NCBI GenBank assembly: GCA_943359455.1
Contig: CALRHL010000001.1
Location: 21,184 to 85,183 of the forward strand
Direction of reading: 5' to 3'
DNA length: 64,000 bases
Source: Candidatus Uhrbacteria bacterium RIFOXYB12_FULL_58_10
GTDB taxonomy: Bacteria > Patescibacteriota > Patescibacteriia > UBA9934 > GWF2-40-263
Position 1 is the stretch's first letter. Each line of letters begins with the position of its first letter. The notes below the pieces were generated by a model. It worked only from the letters and a program-made list of their open reading frames with translations. It was not told the DNA's origin and ran no database searches. The position numbers and the translations under genes are program-made. Below, piece by piece: positions 1-9,140 of this stretch.

Positions 1-17
1 TGGATGTAAAATGGGAC

Positions 18-677
18 GTGATCGCTGACTGTCCGTCTTCGTCGTTTGTGCGCATCACCATGCCAGAACGATTTGTTCCGCACTTTACCGCGGAGGAAAA
101 CTTGTATGTGTTGTACCGTGCAACGGTTGGTGAGACACTCGTGGATTTTGGTCGACTTTGGGATGGTGTCGTTCCGATGGAAACACGACTCGGCGCTTCT
201 ACACACACCATCATGGGAGACTTGAGTCGTGCGATGAACAACCTTGATGCCCCACCACCAAGCGGAATCCTGCGTGCCGTTGAATCAAAACGAACTCACA
301 CGGCAGAAGTTGTAAAAATTCCTCCACGCGGAATCTCCTCTGTCAGACGTCACCTTGACGTTAACTCGAAAAAGGATTCAACAGAAGTTCCTGTTGGTGA
401 CACCCTGTGTCCAGTTCCTGACGAAGCATCCGAAGAACAGAACGGTCCCATGAGTCACTCCCGTCGATCGGCCTGGGCTGTGTTTGGTGAAGACGAAGCT
501 CCATCTGAACCTGAACCACCTGTGCAGCTCCCGCCACCAAGCCGTCCGGCACCAATCCCTGCAACCGAAAAAGCAACCTTCACCTCGCCTGATCCAAACA
601 ACAGCGCCGCAGGATGCCTGATGCTTGCGACGATCTTCGTCATTCTGATCGTATTCTCCTTCCTCGCCATCTTCTGA
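18..677 (+). CDS. hypothetical Pro-rich protein with C-terminal transmembrane anchor (GTG start; may be 5'-partial)
   Basis: ORF track; C-terminal hydrophobic segment LMLATIFVILIVFSFLAIF; low-complexity PPVQLPPPSRPAPIP; no recognisable domain. Confidence 0.35.
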   Translation: MIADCPSSSFVRITMPERFVPHFTAEENLYVLYRATVGETLVDFGRLWDGVVPMETRLGASTHTIMGDLSRAMNNLDAPPPSGILRAVESKRTHTAEVVKIPPRGISSVRRHLDVNSKKDSTEVPVGDTLCPVPDEASEEQNGPMSHSRRSAWAVFGEDEAPSEPEPPVQLPPPSRPAPIPATEKATFTSPDPNNSAAGCLMLATIFVILIVFSFLAIF

Positions 678-712
678 TGACGAGATTTTTTTATAAAAAA
701 ATCTCGTCATCA
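675..712. terminator. bidirectional hairpin terminator whose stem contains the stop codons of both convergent genes
   Basis: perfect inverted repeat tgatgacgagattttttt-ata-aaaaaaatctcgtcatca read directly. Confidence 0.55.
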
Positions 713-1294
713 GCACGGGCGCTTGATCACGAGTTGAGTGGTGTACCAGTTTCTGAGCGTGCGGTTGTAGTAACCTGATCCACACAGAACTTCCTCAACT
801 GCAAGGACAGATTTCCAATTCGGCGGAAACACCTGTCGTAATTCCTCGAGATGAAAAAGGGATCGATAAGGCGGATTCACAGGAGGATCCGGAGCGCGAT
901 AAAACGTCGCAAGAGCAATGAACCCACCTGGCTCAACGCAATCCCTTAACCACGGGAGAAGTGTGTTGAGCACAAAGTCACGTTCGAGAAACTGGAGTGA
1001 GTTTCTCGCAATGAATCCATGAAATGGTCCGGATGGAAAAAACGAACGTTCGTACAACCAGTCCTCGATCCGTTCTTGTCGCCATTCAACATTACTTGGC
1101 AACTCGGGTGGAACTGATTCGATATCGATCGCGATCACCTCTCTCACATACTTGGAAACAATCCCTAACGGACTTCGAACCGATCCGTCATTCCCTGCTC
1201 CAAAATCGACAATGATTTGGTCAGAACGAAGTAACTGTACAACCTTGCTAGAGAACAGCGCAGTTGTTGTGGCTGAAACAGGCTGACCTGTCAT
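710..1294 (-). CDS. class I SAM-dependent methyltransferase
   Basis: motif I VDFGAGNDG and downstream acidic motif; start set at MTGQPV, which overlaps the upstream gene stop by 4 nt (ATGA). Confidence 0.7.
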   Translation of the reverse strand: MTGQPVSATTTALFSSKVVQLLRSDQIIVDFGAGNDGSVRSPLGIVSKYVREVIAIDIESVPPELPSNVEWRQERIEDWLYERSFFPSGPFHGFIARNSLQFLERDFVLNTLLPWLRDCVEPGGFIALATFYRAPDPPVNPPYRSLFHLEELRQVFPPNWKSVLAVEEVLCGSGYYNRTLRNWYTTQLVIKRPC

Positions 1295-2253
1295 GGCAAC
1301 CCGCCGAGCACTGAGACGGTTGCGCCTGCAACAACGCAACCGAGTTTAGCTGCGTCACGCAAAGACCCACTACGTGAAAATCCTTTCAGGAAGCCAGCAG
1401 CAAACGCGTCGCCTGCGCCCGTGGTGTCGCGAACGGGGAAATAAACCGAGTTCACAGTGATTCCACGCCTTCCATCGTAAATGAAAGCTCCATCGTGTCC
1501 CATGGTGACGACCACAATCGCCTTGTGCTCCTTTGGAGTCCAATCCACGAGTTGTTTCGCGGCGTCCTTCTCAGACTCGAAACCAAGCATGCGTGCTTCG
1601 TTCTTATTGAGAAAGATGATCGTTGGATACTTCTCAATAACACCGCGGATGACTTCGTGTCCAAGATACGCGCCAGAACCAAGATCAATGGAAATGGGCG
1701 CGTTCACACGAAGCGCGGCGTCCATGGCCCCCCAAGCCACTCGATGGATCGGAAATTGCTCATCAAGCAAATATCCCGTCAGATGCAACCAGGAGCGAGA
1801 GGTGATCCGAGATTCGACAAACGAAATGTCGTCGAAGTTCATTCCGTTTCCGACGTCAGAACGCATGATGCGTTGACCATCAGGTCGAACGAATACGAGA
1901 CATCTCCCGGTTGAACCTGGGGCGATTCTCACCGAAGGTGCACATTCATCGTGCATCAATTGCCGGATCACATTTTCACCAAGGACATCCATTCCGATCT
2001 GACCGAAAATTTCGGCAAACCCTCCAAGTCGCGCGAACCAACGAGCTGTATTAGCACCGGATCCACCGACACGAGCGACGGGGACGAGCCCGATTGCCAC
2101 ACATGCTTGCATCAAACTATCCCACTCAAGTCCATTCAACCCAACGTACTCTTGGGCTGGATCGACCTCAAGCAAACGAAGTTGCGACTCACTCACCTGC
2201 TCGATGAGGTAGTCCACAACATGACCATCAATGACGATTAAAGAATTTCTCAT
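1291..2253 (-). CDS. PfkB-family carbohydrate/nucleoside kinase (ribokinase-like)
   Basis: C-terminal DTTGAGDAFAAGF anion-hole motif and NxxE-type fold; start set at MRNSLIVIDG, preceded by ggaggaaag RBS. Confidence 0.75.
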   Translation of the reverse strand: MRNSLIVIDGHVVDYLIEQVSESQLRLLEVDPAQEYVGLNGLEWDSLMQACVAIGLVPVARVGGSGANTARWFARLGGFAEIFGQIGMDVLGENVIRQLMHDECAPSVRIAPGSTGRCLVFVRPDGQRIMRSDVGNGMNFDDISFVESRITSRSWLHLTGYLLDEQFPIHRVAWGAMDAALRVNAPISIDLGSGAYLGHEVIRGVIEKYPTIIFLNKNEARMLGFESEKDAAKQLVDWTPKEHKAIVVVTMGHDGAFIYDGRRGITVNSVYFPVRDTTGAGDAFAAGFLKGFSRSGSLRDAAKLGCVVAGATVSVLGGLP

Positions 2254-2340
2254 CTTTCCTCCAGTGCTAACTTGGCAGAAATTACCTAAAAAGTCAATCA
2301 TCTATGGACTTACCTCATTTCATGCTAAACTCGATTCACT

Positions 2341-2910
2341 ATGAGAAATCCAACACACCAAATCCAACCACTCCTTCTCAACCGCTGGTCACCGCGTGCA
2401 ATGTCTGGTGAACAGATTGATGACCGTGAACTCATGGCACTTTTTGAAGCGGCGAGATGGGCGCCGTCGTCCTATAACGGTCAGCCGTGGAGATTTGTTT
2501 ACGCAAAACGCGAAACAACACACTGGCAAAAATTTTTTGATCTTCTTGTTCCGTTTAACCAGTCATGGGCAAATAACGCATCCGTACTCATCGTTGTGAT
2601 TTCAAAAAATGTTTTCGATCACAATGGTCAACCATGTCAAACACATTCATTTGATACAGGTGCGGCGTGGGAAAATTTTGCGTTGGAAGCAAGTGCTCGT
2701 GGATTGGTCGCACACGGAATGCAGGGATTTGACTATACGGCGGCTAAATCTGTCCTTGGTGTTCCAGATGAGTACACGGTTGAAGCGATGATTGCGATTG
2801 GAAAGCCGGGGAAAAAAGAAGATCTTCCTGTGGAACTTCAAGAACGCGAATCTCCATCTGATCGCCGACCGCTGAGTGAAATCGTCATGGAAGGTTTGTT
2901 TCAAACATGA
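2341..2910 (+). CDS. nitroreductase-family protein
   Basis: RWSPRA...LFEAARWAPSSYNGQPWRF motif typical of the NfsB/nitroreductase fold. Confidence 0.75.
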   Translation: MRNPTHQIQPLLLNRWSPRAMSGEQIDDRELMALFEAARWAPSSYNGQPWRFVYAKRETTHWQKFFDLLVPFNQSWANNASVLIVVISKNVFDHNGQPCQTHSFDTGAAWENFALEASARGLVAHGMQGFDYTAAKSVLGVPDEYTVEAMIAIGKPGKKEDLPVELQERESPSDRRPLSEIVMEGLFQT

Positions 2911-3494
2911 CGAAAGCAATCTTGAGTGTGATCGTTCACAAGTCCGGTTGCTTGCATGTGCGCATAACAAATCGTTGCGCCCAAAAATCGAAATCCACGT
3001 TTTTTCAAATCTTTTGCGAGTCCCTCTGCTTCACGTGACGTCGTTGGAATATCGCTCAGTATTTTTCTCTTCCCCTCGATTATTTTTCCATCGACAAACG
3101 ACCAGATGTAGCGACAAAACGTTCCGTGAGAATTTTGAATTTCTAAAAATCGCTTAGCGTTATTTACTGCGGCTTCAACTTTTGCGCGATTGCGAATGAT
3201 GCCTTCGTCCGTGAGAATTCGATCGACATCTTGCGAAGAAAACTTTGCAACGGAAACAGGATCAAACTGCGCAAACAGTCGACGATAATTTTCGCGTTTC
3301 CGCAACACCGTTCGCCAACTAAGTCCTGCCTGCGCGCTTTCCAAAACCAAAAATTCAAACATCACACGATCATCATGAACCGGTACTCCCCATTCTTCGT
3401 CGTGATATTTTTCATAAAGAACATCCCCGCGTGTCACCCAACCACAGCGAGATGTAAGTGTTTGGCTGCTTTTTTCTGATCCTTTGTATTGCAT
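2901..3494 (-). CDS. tag: DNA-3-methyladenine glycosylase I
   Basis: CGW...YHDEEWGVPVHDD...LFE.LVLESAQAGLSW...IRN..K......NA pattern diagnostic of Tag. Confidence 0.85.
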   Translation of the reverse strand: MQYKGSEKSSQTLTSRCGWVTRGDVLYEKYHDEEWGVPVHDDRVMFEFLVLESAQAGLSWRTVLRKRENYRRLFAQFDPVSVAKFSSQDVDRILTDEGIIRNRAKVEAAVNNAKRFLEIQNSHGTFCRYIWSFVDGKIIEGKRKILSDIPTTSREAEGLAKDLKKRGFRFLGATICYAHMQATGLVNDHTQDCFRHV

Positions 3495-3683
3495 AACGCG
3501 CGTATGAAGTGATTCTAGTATACCAAAAAATTTTCATCGCAATTGTGAGAGCATAGAACAATGACAGAAATCAGCTTTTGTAGAGATAAATATCTAGTAT
3601 CCAGACCTCGATTGCGGACCGGCTAAATTTAGGTTCAAATAATCGTGAAAAATAGCCAGAAATTGATTTTTTTTACGTTTATC

Positions 3684-3712
3684 TTGACAAAATCGTGAAA
3701 TAGTACTATTTT
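3684..3712 (+). promoter_or_regulatory. sigma70-like promoter (TTGACA-17-TATTTT) ending about 7 nt before the fic ATG, so the mRNA is leaderless or near-leaderless; flanked by AATCGTGAAA direct repeats at 3641 and 3691
   Basis: hexamers and direct repeats read directly from sequence. Confidence 0.35.
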
Positions 3713-3718
3713 GAATCT

Positions 3719-4600
3719 ATGCCAAGATCATTGAGTGTATTTGCAAAGATCAACCGTCTACGAGAGCGCTATTATTTAGCGGCTGTTGGTAAACAGTCGT
3801 TATTGAAATTGATCAGTGAGGCGGAAGTTTCTGAGCAGGTCTATAACTCCAATGCGATCGAAAATAGCACTCTCACTCTCGAGGAGACGGAAAAAATTTT
3901 GTTGCAAATTGATTTGGACCGTTATATTTCCGAAAGGGAAATTTTTGAAGCAAAAAATCTCGCGCGCGTCGTTACGTACATCGACGCGAAAGCGAAGGAG
4001 CAAGAACTTACCCTTGATCACATCGCATCGCTCCACAAAATGCTCATTTCCAATATTCGCGACGAGATCGCGGGGAGGTTTCGAAAAGAAAACGAATGGG
4101 TTCGTGTTGGAAGTCATGTAGCTCCGGACCCAAGAGAGGTTATTGATCGACTCGAGCGAATGCTTGCAGAATATCAAGGTAGCCATCATGAGCATATCGT
4201 CAAACGCATCGCACGGCTTCATCTCACATTCGAATATATTCATCCATTTGTTGATGGAAATGGCCGCATCGGACGCGTCGTGAATAATTACCTACTCATA
4301 CGAGAAGGCTTCGTGCCTATCAATATCAAATTCATCGATCGCGAATCGTATTATGACGCCTTTCGTGATTTCGAAAAAAATGAATCGACGAGCATCATGG
4401 AAGAAATCGTTGGCAGAGCACTCACAAACAGTTACCACAAGCGACTCGCCTACCTAGAGGGGGCTCACATTGTTACACTCGTCGAATACGCAAAAAAACA
4501 GAGACTCTCACATTCAAATTTGATTAACAAGGCTAACAGACAAACAATCGAGGCGTTTCTGGAAAAGGGTGTCTGGAAGATCGGTGAAAGAAACAACTGA
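3719..4600 (+). CDS. Fic-family adenylyltransferase (class II, with N-terminal inhibitory motif)
   Basis: Fic motif HPFVDGNGRIGR; putative inhibitory helix motif SNAIEN ((S/T)xxxE(G/N)) near the N-terminus. Confidence 0.85.
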   Translation: MPRSLSVFAKINRLRERYYLAAVGKQSLLKLISEAEVSEQVYNSNAIENSTLTLEETEKILLQIDLDRYISEREIFEAKNLARVVTYIDAKAKEQELTLDHIASLHKMLISNIRDEIAGRFRKENEWVRVGSHVAPDPREVIDRLERMLAEYQGSHHEHIVKRIARLHLTFEYIHPFVDGNGRIGRVVNNYLLIREGFVPINIKFIDRESYYDAFRDFEKNESTSIMEEIVGRALTNSYHKRLAYLEGAHIVTLVEYAKKQRLSHSNLINKANRQTIEAFLEKGVWKIGERNN

Positions 4601-4704
4601 CACTGAACGAACGACTAAATCGCGCAAGAATCGCGCATGGAAAAACTGTGACCGTATAGCAGAGATGAAACATTTTCATGTTTCTTTGATATACTTCCTC
4701 ATGT

Positions 4705-6285
4705 ATGCATCTATCTTTTCAACGAGCCGTTGGGTTCTTATGTGTGACGGGTTTTGCGCTGTTCGCTTTATTGACTTCTGTCCATGCATCGATCATTGAT
4801 AGTGTCCGCGGATATATTCTCTTACAAGTTGAGCAGCATGGAGAGGCGTGGTATGTCCCGCCCGATCTAGAAACGCGTTACTATCTCAAAGATGGAACAG
4901 CGGCATACGAAGCACTCCGAGCATTCGGACTTGGAATCACTGATGCCGACTTGGCAACAATTCCTGTTGCTGGTGAAACAGCAAGTTCTGCAACGACTGA
5001 CTCGGCACTCGTCGACCGTGTTTCTGGATATATTTTGTTACAGGTCGAACAGCATGGAGAAGCCTGGTACGTTCATCCCAAAACCGGGACACGAACATAC
5101 ATGGAAGATGGTGATGCCGCATACACAATCATGCGACAACTCAGTCTTGGAATTACCGACGCGGACTTAGAACAAATTTCTATCCATGAAGATTCCATCG
5201 ATCCAAACGCGAGCACAGACGGATCAACCGTTGCCTTTTTCTATCAGTATGTCGGTGCCCTCATGAACGGAGTTGGAGATAATGGTGTGCGACTTGGTTT
5301 GACAACAGACTCAGAAGCGATCAGCACATCTCTACTCGAAGCGCTCGACTGGGAAGTTCGAACAATAGAACTTGAAGCATCGGACGAAACTGAAGATGAA
5401 GAACAATCCTATGGCGATCCTGTTTTTAGCCGCCTGAGCAATGGAAATTGGGCCATGACTTCTTGGAGTGGAAGCGACGATCCACGTGGCGCAAATGTAT
5501 TGTTGTACCATGAGTCCGAATGTCCTGTTGTTGATGACGACGCCGTTGTCGCGATAACGGCATCTTCTGAATCTGGCTGTACAAACGTACGAGCCCTCAC
5601 CGTTGGAAAAACTTCACAAATTTTCGAAAAAGACGGCAATGATTATGTCTTTCACTCAAATGGAGGTGATGTGTATCTTGCGCAACTAACAGACGACGAT
5701 CAGACTGCTTTAGAGTTGGATTCATTGTGTGTATTATCCTCCCCTGTTGATGCATTTTCTGAACTAAATTATGGCGAATCCACAAAAGTGCTTGATGGAA
5801 GTGATGAAGGACTTTTGTTTAGCGACACGGCCATAGGGCAGCGTGAAGATGGAACATGGGTGCTGTTTGCAAAGGGGATTGAAACTGATTCCGGATGCAC
5901 GAGCACAACGTTGTGTGAATTGTGTGGGCGATCAATCTATCGCGCAACCAGTTCAGATCTCATTGATTGGTCAACACCAGAAGAAGTCGTTGAACAAGCG
6001 AGTGTTCCGGAAGCGTACGTCGCAAACGATGGCAAAATTTGGCTCTATCACCAAGATTTTAGCGACGTGTGTGATGCACAAGATCAACATCTCGCAACGA
6101 TCGCGCCTGTCACTGGTCACTACGAGGCAGAAGAAACATACGAACTGTCCGACCCGATTCGCGTAGAATTCTTAGACGAAGCATTCCAAACAAACTCTAC
6201 CATCCACTACGCGACCAACGGGAATCCAGTATCGTTACCAGACCAAGAAGCCGTCGAAGCACTCGAAGCATGTGCCAACATGTAA
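4705..6285 (+). CDS. secreted protein with two tandem ~70-aa repeats (GYILLQVEQHGEAWYV...DGxAAY...LGITDADL) and a C-terminal beta-propeller-like region
   Basis: signal peptide MHLSFQRAVGFLCVTGFALFALLTSVHAS; internal duplication read directly; Asp-box-like segments. Confidence 0.5.
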   Translation: MHLSFQRAVGFLCVTGFALFALLTSVHASIIDSVRGYILLQVEQHGEAWYVPPDLETRYYLKDGTAAYEALRAFGLGITDADLATIPVAGETASSATTDSALVDRVSGYILLQVEQHGEAWYVHPKTGTRTYMEDGDAAYTIMRQLSLGITDADLEQISIHEDSIDPNASTDGSTVAFFYQYVGALMNGVGDNGVRLGLTTDSEAISTSLLEALDWEVRTIELEASDETEDEEQSYGDPVFSRLSNGNWAMTSWSGSDDPRGANVLLYHESECPVVDDDAVVAITASSESGCTNVRALTVGKTSQIFEKDGNDYVFHSNGGDVYLAQLTDDDQTALELDSLCVLSSPVDAFSELNYGESTKVLDGSDEGLLFSDTAIGQREDGTWVLFAKGIETDSGCTSTTLCELCGRSIYRATSSDLIDWSTPEEVVEQASVPEAYVANDGKIWLYHQDFSDVCDAQDQHLATIAPVTGHYEAEETYELSDPIRVEFLDEAFQTNSTIHYATNGNPVSLPDQEAVEALEACANM

Positions 6286-6343
6286 AATCTTTCCCTTGAC
6301 CAAACCCTCCTTGTTCGCTACTATTCTGGTGCCATTATTTCAA

Positions 6344-6418
6344 GGCCCCATCGTCTAATGGTTAGGACACGGGCTTTTCAAGCCTGTAACCGGAGTTCGA
6401 CTCTCCGTGGGGTCACCA
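6344..6418 (+). tRNA. tRNA-Glu(TTC)
   Basis: cloverleaf folded by hand: acceptor GGCCCCA/TGGGGTC, anticodon stem CGGGC/GCCTG, loop TTTTCAA, T-loop TTCGACT, encoded CCA. Confidence 0.85.
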
Positions 6419-7056
6419 AACTACAATCAACGTCGTCTTCCGACGCGCACAGCTCCCTGAACGGGGAGTTTTGCGTTATATGGATGATTTTTCCGCCCTT
6501 TACCGTGAGGTTCGTGAGCAGTTTTCGCATGATGTAGTCGAGGTCGGCCATGCTGTCTATTTTTCGCGCAAGGTTGGCGATGTTTCGGAATAGTTCGACA
6601 AATTCTTCCATGCTGGCCATGGCGTCAGTCGAGGCCTCCTTCACCTTCTTGAGCGTTTTGATTTTCTCGGCGAGTTCCAGCGACGCGGCCACGTCTTTCT
6701 GCACGTCGCGTTTGAACTCGCGCCGCAGGTCGGCGTCGGTCTCCCCGCGCAGCAGCTCCTTGTTTTCCTCCCGTCGCCTGTCGGTGCTGTTTTTACGCGC
6801 CACGAGCGATTTGAGCTCGTCCTTCGCCTCCTTCGCGCGTTCCACGGCTAGCCGCTTCATCTCCTCGACGTAGTGTGCGTATCCGGCCTTCGTACCCAGG
6901 GGATGCCTGTCCAAAAATGCGTAGACGGCTTCGAGCACCGCCTTCGCCCGCACCTCTTCCTTCCCGCAATTTGGCTGCTTGCAATCGAAATAGTAGTAAT
7001 GGGTTTTCGTCCCGTCCTTTTTTGGTTTGGCGGTGATGCTCGGGTACATCGGCTTC
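6378..7056 (-). pseudogene. C-terminal fragment of a large serine recombinase (zinc-ribbon plus coiled-coil region only); N-terminal catalytic domain missing, truncated by the IS insertion; 3' end overlaps tRNA-Glu
   Basis: THYYYFDCKQPNCGKEE zinc-ribbon-like motif followed by charged coiled coil; no resolvase catalytic domain; reading frame runs into the IS left terminal repeat; local GC clearly higher than neighbouring DNA. Confidence 0.5.
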
Positions 7057-8021
7057 TGAACCGTACCCCAAAAAGTGGACACGAAAGTGTCCGTTTTTTG
7101 TGTCTATAGATAATTCAACTAAGATGAATGGGTATGAGTAATCGAAGATTCACTGAAGAAGAGATGGAGGTGCTGTCACAACACATGTACGTGCGGAGAT
7201 GTAGCGAGAAATCTGTAACGTACACCAAGGAATTTAAACTGTTTGCCGTCAGGCAATACAACGAAGTATTTCTTCGAGGGAAGGCCAAATATGGTTGGAG
7301 GACGATTCAGATGAAACTTCTGGAAAAAGAGGTCGTCATGAATCACAAAAAGATCATTCGCATTAAGAATAAGTATCATCTCGTCACCAAGATCCGAAGG
7401 CACAACCCGTACAAGATGATTATGAAGAAATCGCTGGAACATCGTACGTATGAAAACATATTGAATCGTGCCTTTGACGTCCTTACTCCTTTCAAGATAT
7501 TTACCACCGACATCACCTATATCCCGCTCAATTACCGTTTTGCCTACCTGTCCGTCGTGAAGGATGTCGCAAGCGGCGAAGTCGTGGCCTGGAACCTGTC
7601 TATGCATCTGGAAATGAGCCTGGTGCTCGATACCGTGGAGGCTATGAAGAATAACCCGGTTCTCACTCCAGTCATGCTTCAAGACGTACTGATTCATTCC
7701 GACCAAGGTTTCCACTACACCAACCCGCTCTATATCGAGAAGATCAAAGGATTGCAGATGGTTCAATCTATGTCGAGACGTGGCAATTGCATCGACAATG
7801 CGCCTATTGAATCGTTCTTTGGACATCTAAAAGACGACGTGGACTACAAAGACTGCAAGACTTTCGACGAACTTCATTCACTCATCTCAAATTACATGCA
7901 ATACTACAACAATGAACGCCAGCAGTGGGGACGAAAAAAGATGACTCCTGTGGGATACAGAAATCATCTTTTAACAACTGCGTAGGTTTTTACCAGTGTC
8001 TACTTTACGGGGTACGGTTCA
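7057..8021 (+). mobile_element. IS3-family-like insertion sequence (~965 bp) with 26-bp imperfect terminal inverted repeats tgaaccgtaccccaaaaagtggacac / tgaaccgtaccccgtaaagtagacac; no clear target-site duplication
   Basis: terminal repeats read directly; encloses a single transposase ORF; left end carries hairpin plus T-run. Confidence 0.7.
7128..7985 (+). CDS. IS3-family transposase (HTH plus DDE/rve integrase core in a single ORF)
   Basis: HSDQGFHYT and SRRGNCIDNAPIESFFGHLK motifs of the IS3 OrfB integrase core. Confidence 0.85.
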   Translation: MGMSNRRFTEEEMEVLSQHMYVRRCSEKSVTYTKEFKLFAVRQYNEVFLRGKAKYGWRTIQMKLLEKEVVMNHKKIIRIKNKYHLVTKIRRHNPYKMIMKKSLEHRTYENILNRAFDVLTPFKIFTTDITYIPLNYRFAYLSVVKDVASGEVVAWNLSMHLEMSLVLDTVEAMKNNPVLTPVMLQDVLIHSDQGFHYTNPLYIEKIKGLQMVQSMSRRGNCIDNAPIESFFGHLKDDVDYKDCKTFDELHSLISNYMQYYNNERQQWGRKKMTPVGYRNHLLTTA

Positions 8022-8050
8022 TGACGGTCATTTTAATATTTTCACGGTTA

Positions 8051-9070
8051 TTACGGTGCCACGGGTGTTTTTGTTTTTGGTGGGGCGATTTTATAAACCA
8101 AAACGATTTCATTTTCAAATTCGGCTAGAGCAGGGTCACAGAATCCTCCTGTGCCTGGTGGCAAAATACTTTTTGTCAGATTACTAAAGGTGATTCCGTC
8201 CGATGAAAAGGCGCTGGTGATTCCTTGCTTGCATCCGTACATGTAAACACCATCATCGACGGCGAGTGCTCCAGGGACACCTCCTGTCGCGAGTGGAATG
8301 ATACCTTTATCGGAAAACAACAGTCCGTCATCGGACACAGCAACACCGCTCGACATTCCGACGGAGTAGTACATAATCCATTGCGACCCAAATGAGATGA
8401 CTTCTGGGTCTGTTAAATTTTCTACACTCAGACGAGTCCCTGCATCTGCTGTAAATGTAGCCCCGTCCAGAGAGGTCGCACTATAAACAAGATGTTCTTC
8501 TCCTTCTATCACAGGCCCACTTCCAAATGGTTTGTCTGGACCGTAATAATACATACGAACCGTACCATCTGAAAGTTGAACAACCGACGGATCCACTGCC
8601 GGACCTTTATTCACCTTTCCTATAACTGAAATCGGTTCACGGTCTGACCATGTTTTTCCTGAGTCTGTTGATCGTATGAAAGAAATGCCTTCCATGGAAT
8701 CCATCTCATTAAGTGGGTCAACAAAATAAATAAGAAATTCTCCTTTTTTACATGCAGATGAATCAACGCCACAAATCAACAGATCAGGAACAGACGCGCT
8801 TTCCGTCACGAGCGTTCCGGTAGGAAAAGACGTTGGATCGTTAGAAAAAGAAATGTATGTGTCATGATCTAAAATTCCCGCGCTCCCTGCATTTTGTGTC
8901 ATAGTTGGTGTTGACGGGACCATTGTTGGTGTAATCGTTTCAGAAATAGCTGTCTCAGTTTCTGTCTCGGTCTCAGATGACGTAGATGTCATTGTTTTCA
9001 CAAGAAATATAACACCTAGTGTCAATGCGACACCAAAACTTGTAAACAAAATTGACTTTGGGATAGACAT
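8051..9070 (-). CDS. secreted BNR/Asp-box repeat beta-propeller protein (sialidase/glycoside-hydrolase-like)
   Basis: start reset to MSIPKSILFTSFGVALTLGVIFLV (signal/TM); Asp-box-like STDSGKTWS; paralogous to 17268..18362. Confidence 0.55.
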   Translation of the reverse strand: MSIPKSILFTSFGVALTLGVIFLVKTMTSTSSETETETETAISETITPTMVPSTPTMTQNAGSAGILDHDTYISFSNDPTSFPTGTLVTESASVPDLLICGVDSSACKKGEFLIYFVDPLNEMDSMEGISFIRSTDSGKTWSDREPISVIGKVNKGPAVDPSVVQLSDGTVRMYYYGPDKPFGSGPVIEGEEHLVYSATSLDGATFTADAGTRLSVENLTDPEVISFGSQWIMYYSVGMSSGVAVSDDGLLFSDKGIIPLATGGVPGALAVDDGVYMYGCKQGITSAFSSDGITFSNLTKSILPPGTGGFCDPALAEFENEIVLVYKIAPPKTKTPVAP

Positions 9071-9140
9071 AAGATGGGATACTTTTTCATCATGTAAATT
9101 ATAGCACAAAAAAACGGCGCAGGGCCGTAGAGAAGAGCTG

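Noticed and set aside
6550-7109. Plus-strand ORFs 6550..6873 and 6873..7109 and minus ORF 6793..7071 inside the recombinase fragment
   Set aside because: Arg/Ser-rich low-complexity translations produced by the GC-rich antisense frames of the recombinase remnant.
7057-8021. Possibility that the IS-like element is merely a gene flanked by genome-wide REP palindromes
   Set aside because: The enclosed ORF has the diagnostic IS3 DDE/rve motifs and the two termini are 26-bp mutual inverted repeats. Only a genome-wide search can fully exclude REP status.
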